Both the position numbers and the translations under genes were made by a program. Under the pieces are notes generated by a model. The model had not been told where the DNA came from. It ran no database searches and saw only the letters and a list, made by a program, of their open reading frames with translations. Positions 62,569 to 64,000 of a stretch of DNA of 64,000 nt are shown one piece after another. The stretch's first letter is position 1; the number at the start of each line of letters is the position of its first letter. The stretch is from Pelagomonas calceolata (Eukaryota): assembly GCA_918797485.1 (NCBI GenBank), contig CAKKNE010000006.1, forward strand, positions 2,976,001 through 3,040,000. The letters are read 5' to 3'.

Positions 62569-63762
62569 ATGCGCCTCGCCATAGCCTTGCTCCTAAGCGC
62601 CGCGACGGCCTACACGCCGCCGCGGCCACCTAGACGATCCCCGCGCTCCCCAGGAGGCAACAACAAGCCACCTAGTCGAAAGCGCGAGATCATAGTAGAA
62701 CCTCTAGAATCGTGGGGCGCCTTCGACGCCGGCAAGCACCGCATGGGCGTGAGTACCGTGTCCTGGGGTAATCCGGACAACGGTTTTGTAAGGAAGAAGA
62801 AGTTGCGAGGTGGAGAACGCTTCAGCCAAAAAGACTGCCGACTCGCGTACCAGGAGCTCATGAAAAATGACGTCAAAACGTTCGCCATCCCGGGCGGGCA
62901 GGCCGCAAATGATTGCTTCGGCAAGGCCGTGAAGAAGGCCAAAGTTTTTGACCCTCCGAAGGTTGTTACTTATTGCGCTCCTTCGCTGAAAGCGCGCTAC
63001 TTCGGCAAAGAGGAAAATAGAAAAAGATATGGGTACGCTTCGGTCGCTACGTCCGTGAATGATGTTTTGGAGGTCCTTGGGAGTGCTTATGTGGATGCTT
63101 GTCTCGTTGGCGGGGCTCTACCGGGGTCGAGCTGCCCCGCGCCTCCGCGCGCTAGTAATTCGATAGAGTCCGTGGGCGTCCAGAACGTCCAGGGTGGGTC
63201 GGCTTTGCGCAAGGCGCATCGAGCTTTTGAGAGGAAAGGTCTACAACTGAAGGCGTGCTACGTCGACTTTTCACTCGTGGACAATTTGGCCATGCGGGAC
63301 GGCACGCTGGAGGCGGCCAAGGAGCTCGACATTACGGTATTAGCGCGGTCGCCTTTGTGTGCTGGTCTAGGGAGTGGCGAGATCACGGAGCGCAACCCGA
63401 CCGGCGGTTCGACAGTCGGCGCGTCCCCGAAGTGGCGGCCGCGGGCCCTGCGGCAATTAGCACCCTTACACGACGCCATCGAGCAGGTCTGCGGCATGGT
63501 GCAGGCGCGGCGGGCCGACGACGAGCGGTCGATGGCCCAGCGGCAGAATAGGGACGCCGGAAAAGTAGAAAAGATCCTACCCGTGCAAGTAGCTTTGCAG
63601 TGGGTCCGCGCGAAGGGCGCGGTACCTCTGCCCGCGGTCAAAAATCAGAAGCACGCCCAGGCGATCATCGGGTGCCAGGGCTGGGCGCTCGAGGAAAACG
63701 AGGTCGCGGTGCTCGACGCGGCGCTGCCTCGGTCGGTGCCAAAGTTCGCGCGGCTGCGCTAA
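62569..63762 (+). CDS. Aldo-keto reductase-like protein (divergent)
   Basis: MGVSTVSWG, VGVQN, LARSPLCAG, QVALQWVRAKGAVPLP, GWAL...EVAVLD. Confidence 0.75.
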   Translation: MRLAIALLLSAATAYTPPRPPRRSPRSPGGNNKPPSRKREIIVEPLESWGAFDAGKHRMGVSTVSWGNPDNGFVRKKKLRGGERFSQKDCRLAYQELMKNDVKTFAIPGGQAANDCFGKAVKKAKVFDPPKVVTYCAPSLKARYFGKEENRKRYGYASVATSVNDVLEVLGSAYVDACLVGGALPGSSCPAPPRASNSIESVGVQNVQGGSALRKAHRAFERKGLQLKACYVDFSLVDNLAMRDGTLEAAKELDITVLARSPLCAGLGSGEITERNPTGGSTVGASPKWRPRALRQLAPLHDAIEQVCGMVQARRADDERSMAQRQNRDAGKVEKILPVQVALQWVRAKGAVPLPAVKNQKHAQAIIGCQGWALEENEVAVLDAALPRSVPKFARLR

Positions 63763-64000
63763 GTTTATTATATTATTCGGCGATAGCGTGGGGCGGGCCT
63801 AGTTAGTCGATCCGCCACGGCGGCAGGATTGTCCCGTAGAGCTCGAGGCCGCGGATGTGCATGCATCGATGTGCATGCATCGATAAGGCCGGTCCCAGCA
63901 GCCGGATCCGGAAGCGGGTCGAGGCGCAGGGGTATAGCTGAAAGGTAACGGCGCCGTTTCCCCCGAGGTAAAACCCGCCAGTCCACGGACTTGGGCGGGA

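Noticed and set aside
63854..63884. Short tandem duplication GATGTGCATGCATC x2
   Set aside because: Two copies only, at the window edge, with no supporting context.
1..64000. Hundreds of overlapping Arg/Ala/Pro-rich ORFs in the six-frame track
   Set aside because: Shadow ORFs expected from high GC, lying antisense or out of frame to well-supported genes.

Overview
Gene-dense, GC-rich eukaryotic nuclear DNA with about 38 compact protein-coding genes, short intergenic gaps and short repetitive introns. Bipartite signal/transit-like N-termini, plant/algal-type families (DUF1118, DUF2358, A_thal_3526, plant-type PFK) and TIR-bearing introns point to a stramenopile alga, probably a pelagophyte such as Pelagomonas; this taxonomy is inference. 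I saw no rRNA, tRNA or CRISPR. Highlights: (1) a ~1900-aa NLR-like STAND protein (NACHT-WD40-ankyrin) with a RelA/SpoT-like nucleotidyltransferase domain inserted inside the NACHT module; (2) a bipartite motif, GCTAGCG-N(1-10)-TAAGACACTAG, found once in most promoter-containing intergenic regions, plus a second CTAG motif downstream of genes in head-to-tail gaps; (3) at least two families of introner-like introns, one with TIRs and an 8-bp TSD that splices in either orientation, some with GC donors; (4) a candidate bicistronic locus in which a GUG-initiated J-domain ORF overlaps (ATGA) a standalone DUF2156/MprF-C aminoacyl-tRNA transferase; (5) a CpG-poor, hairpin-rich 305-bp direct repeat pair. 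All domain calls come from recognising motifs by eye, not from database searches.
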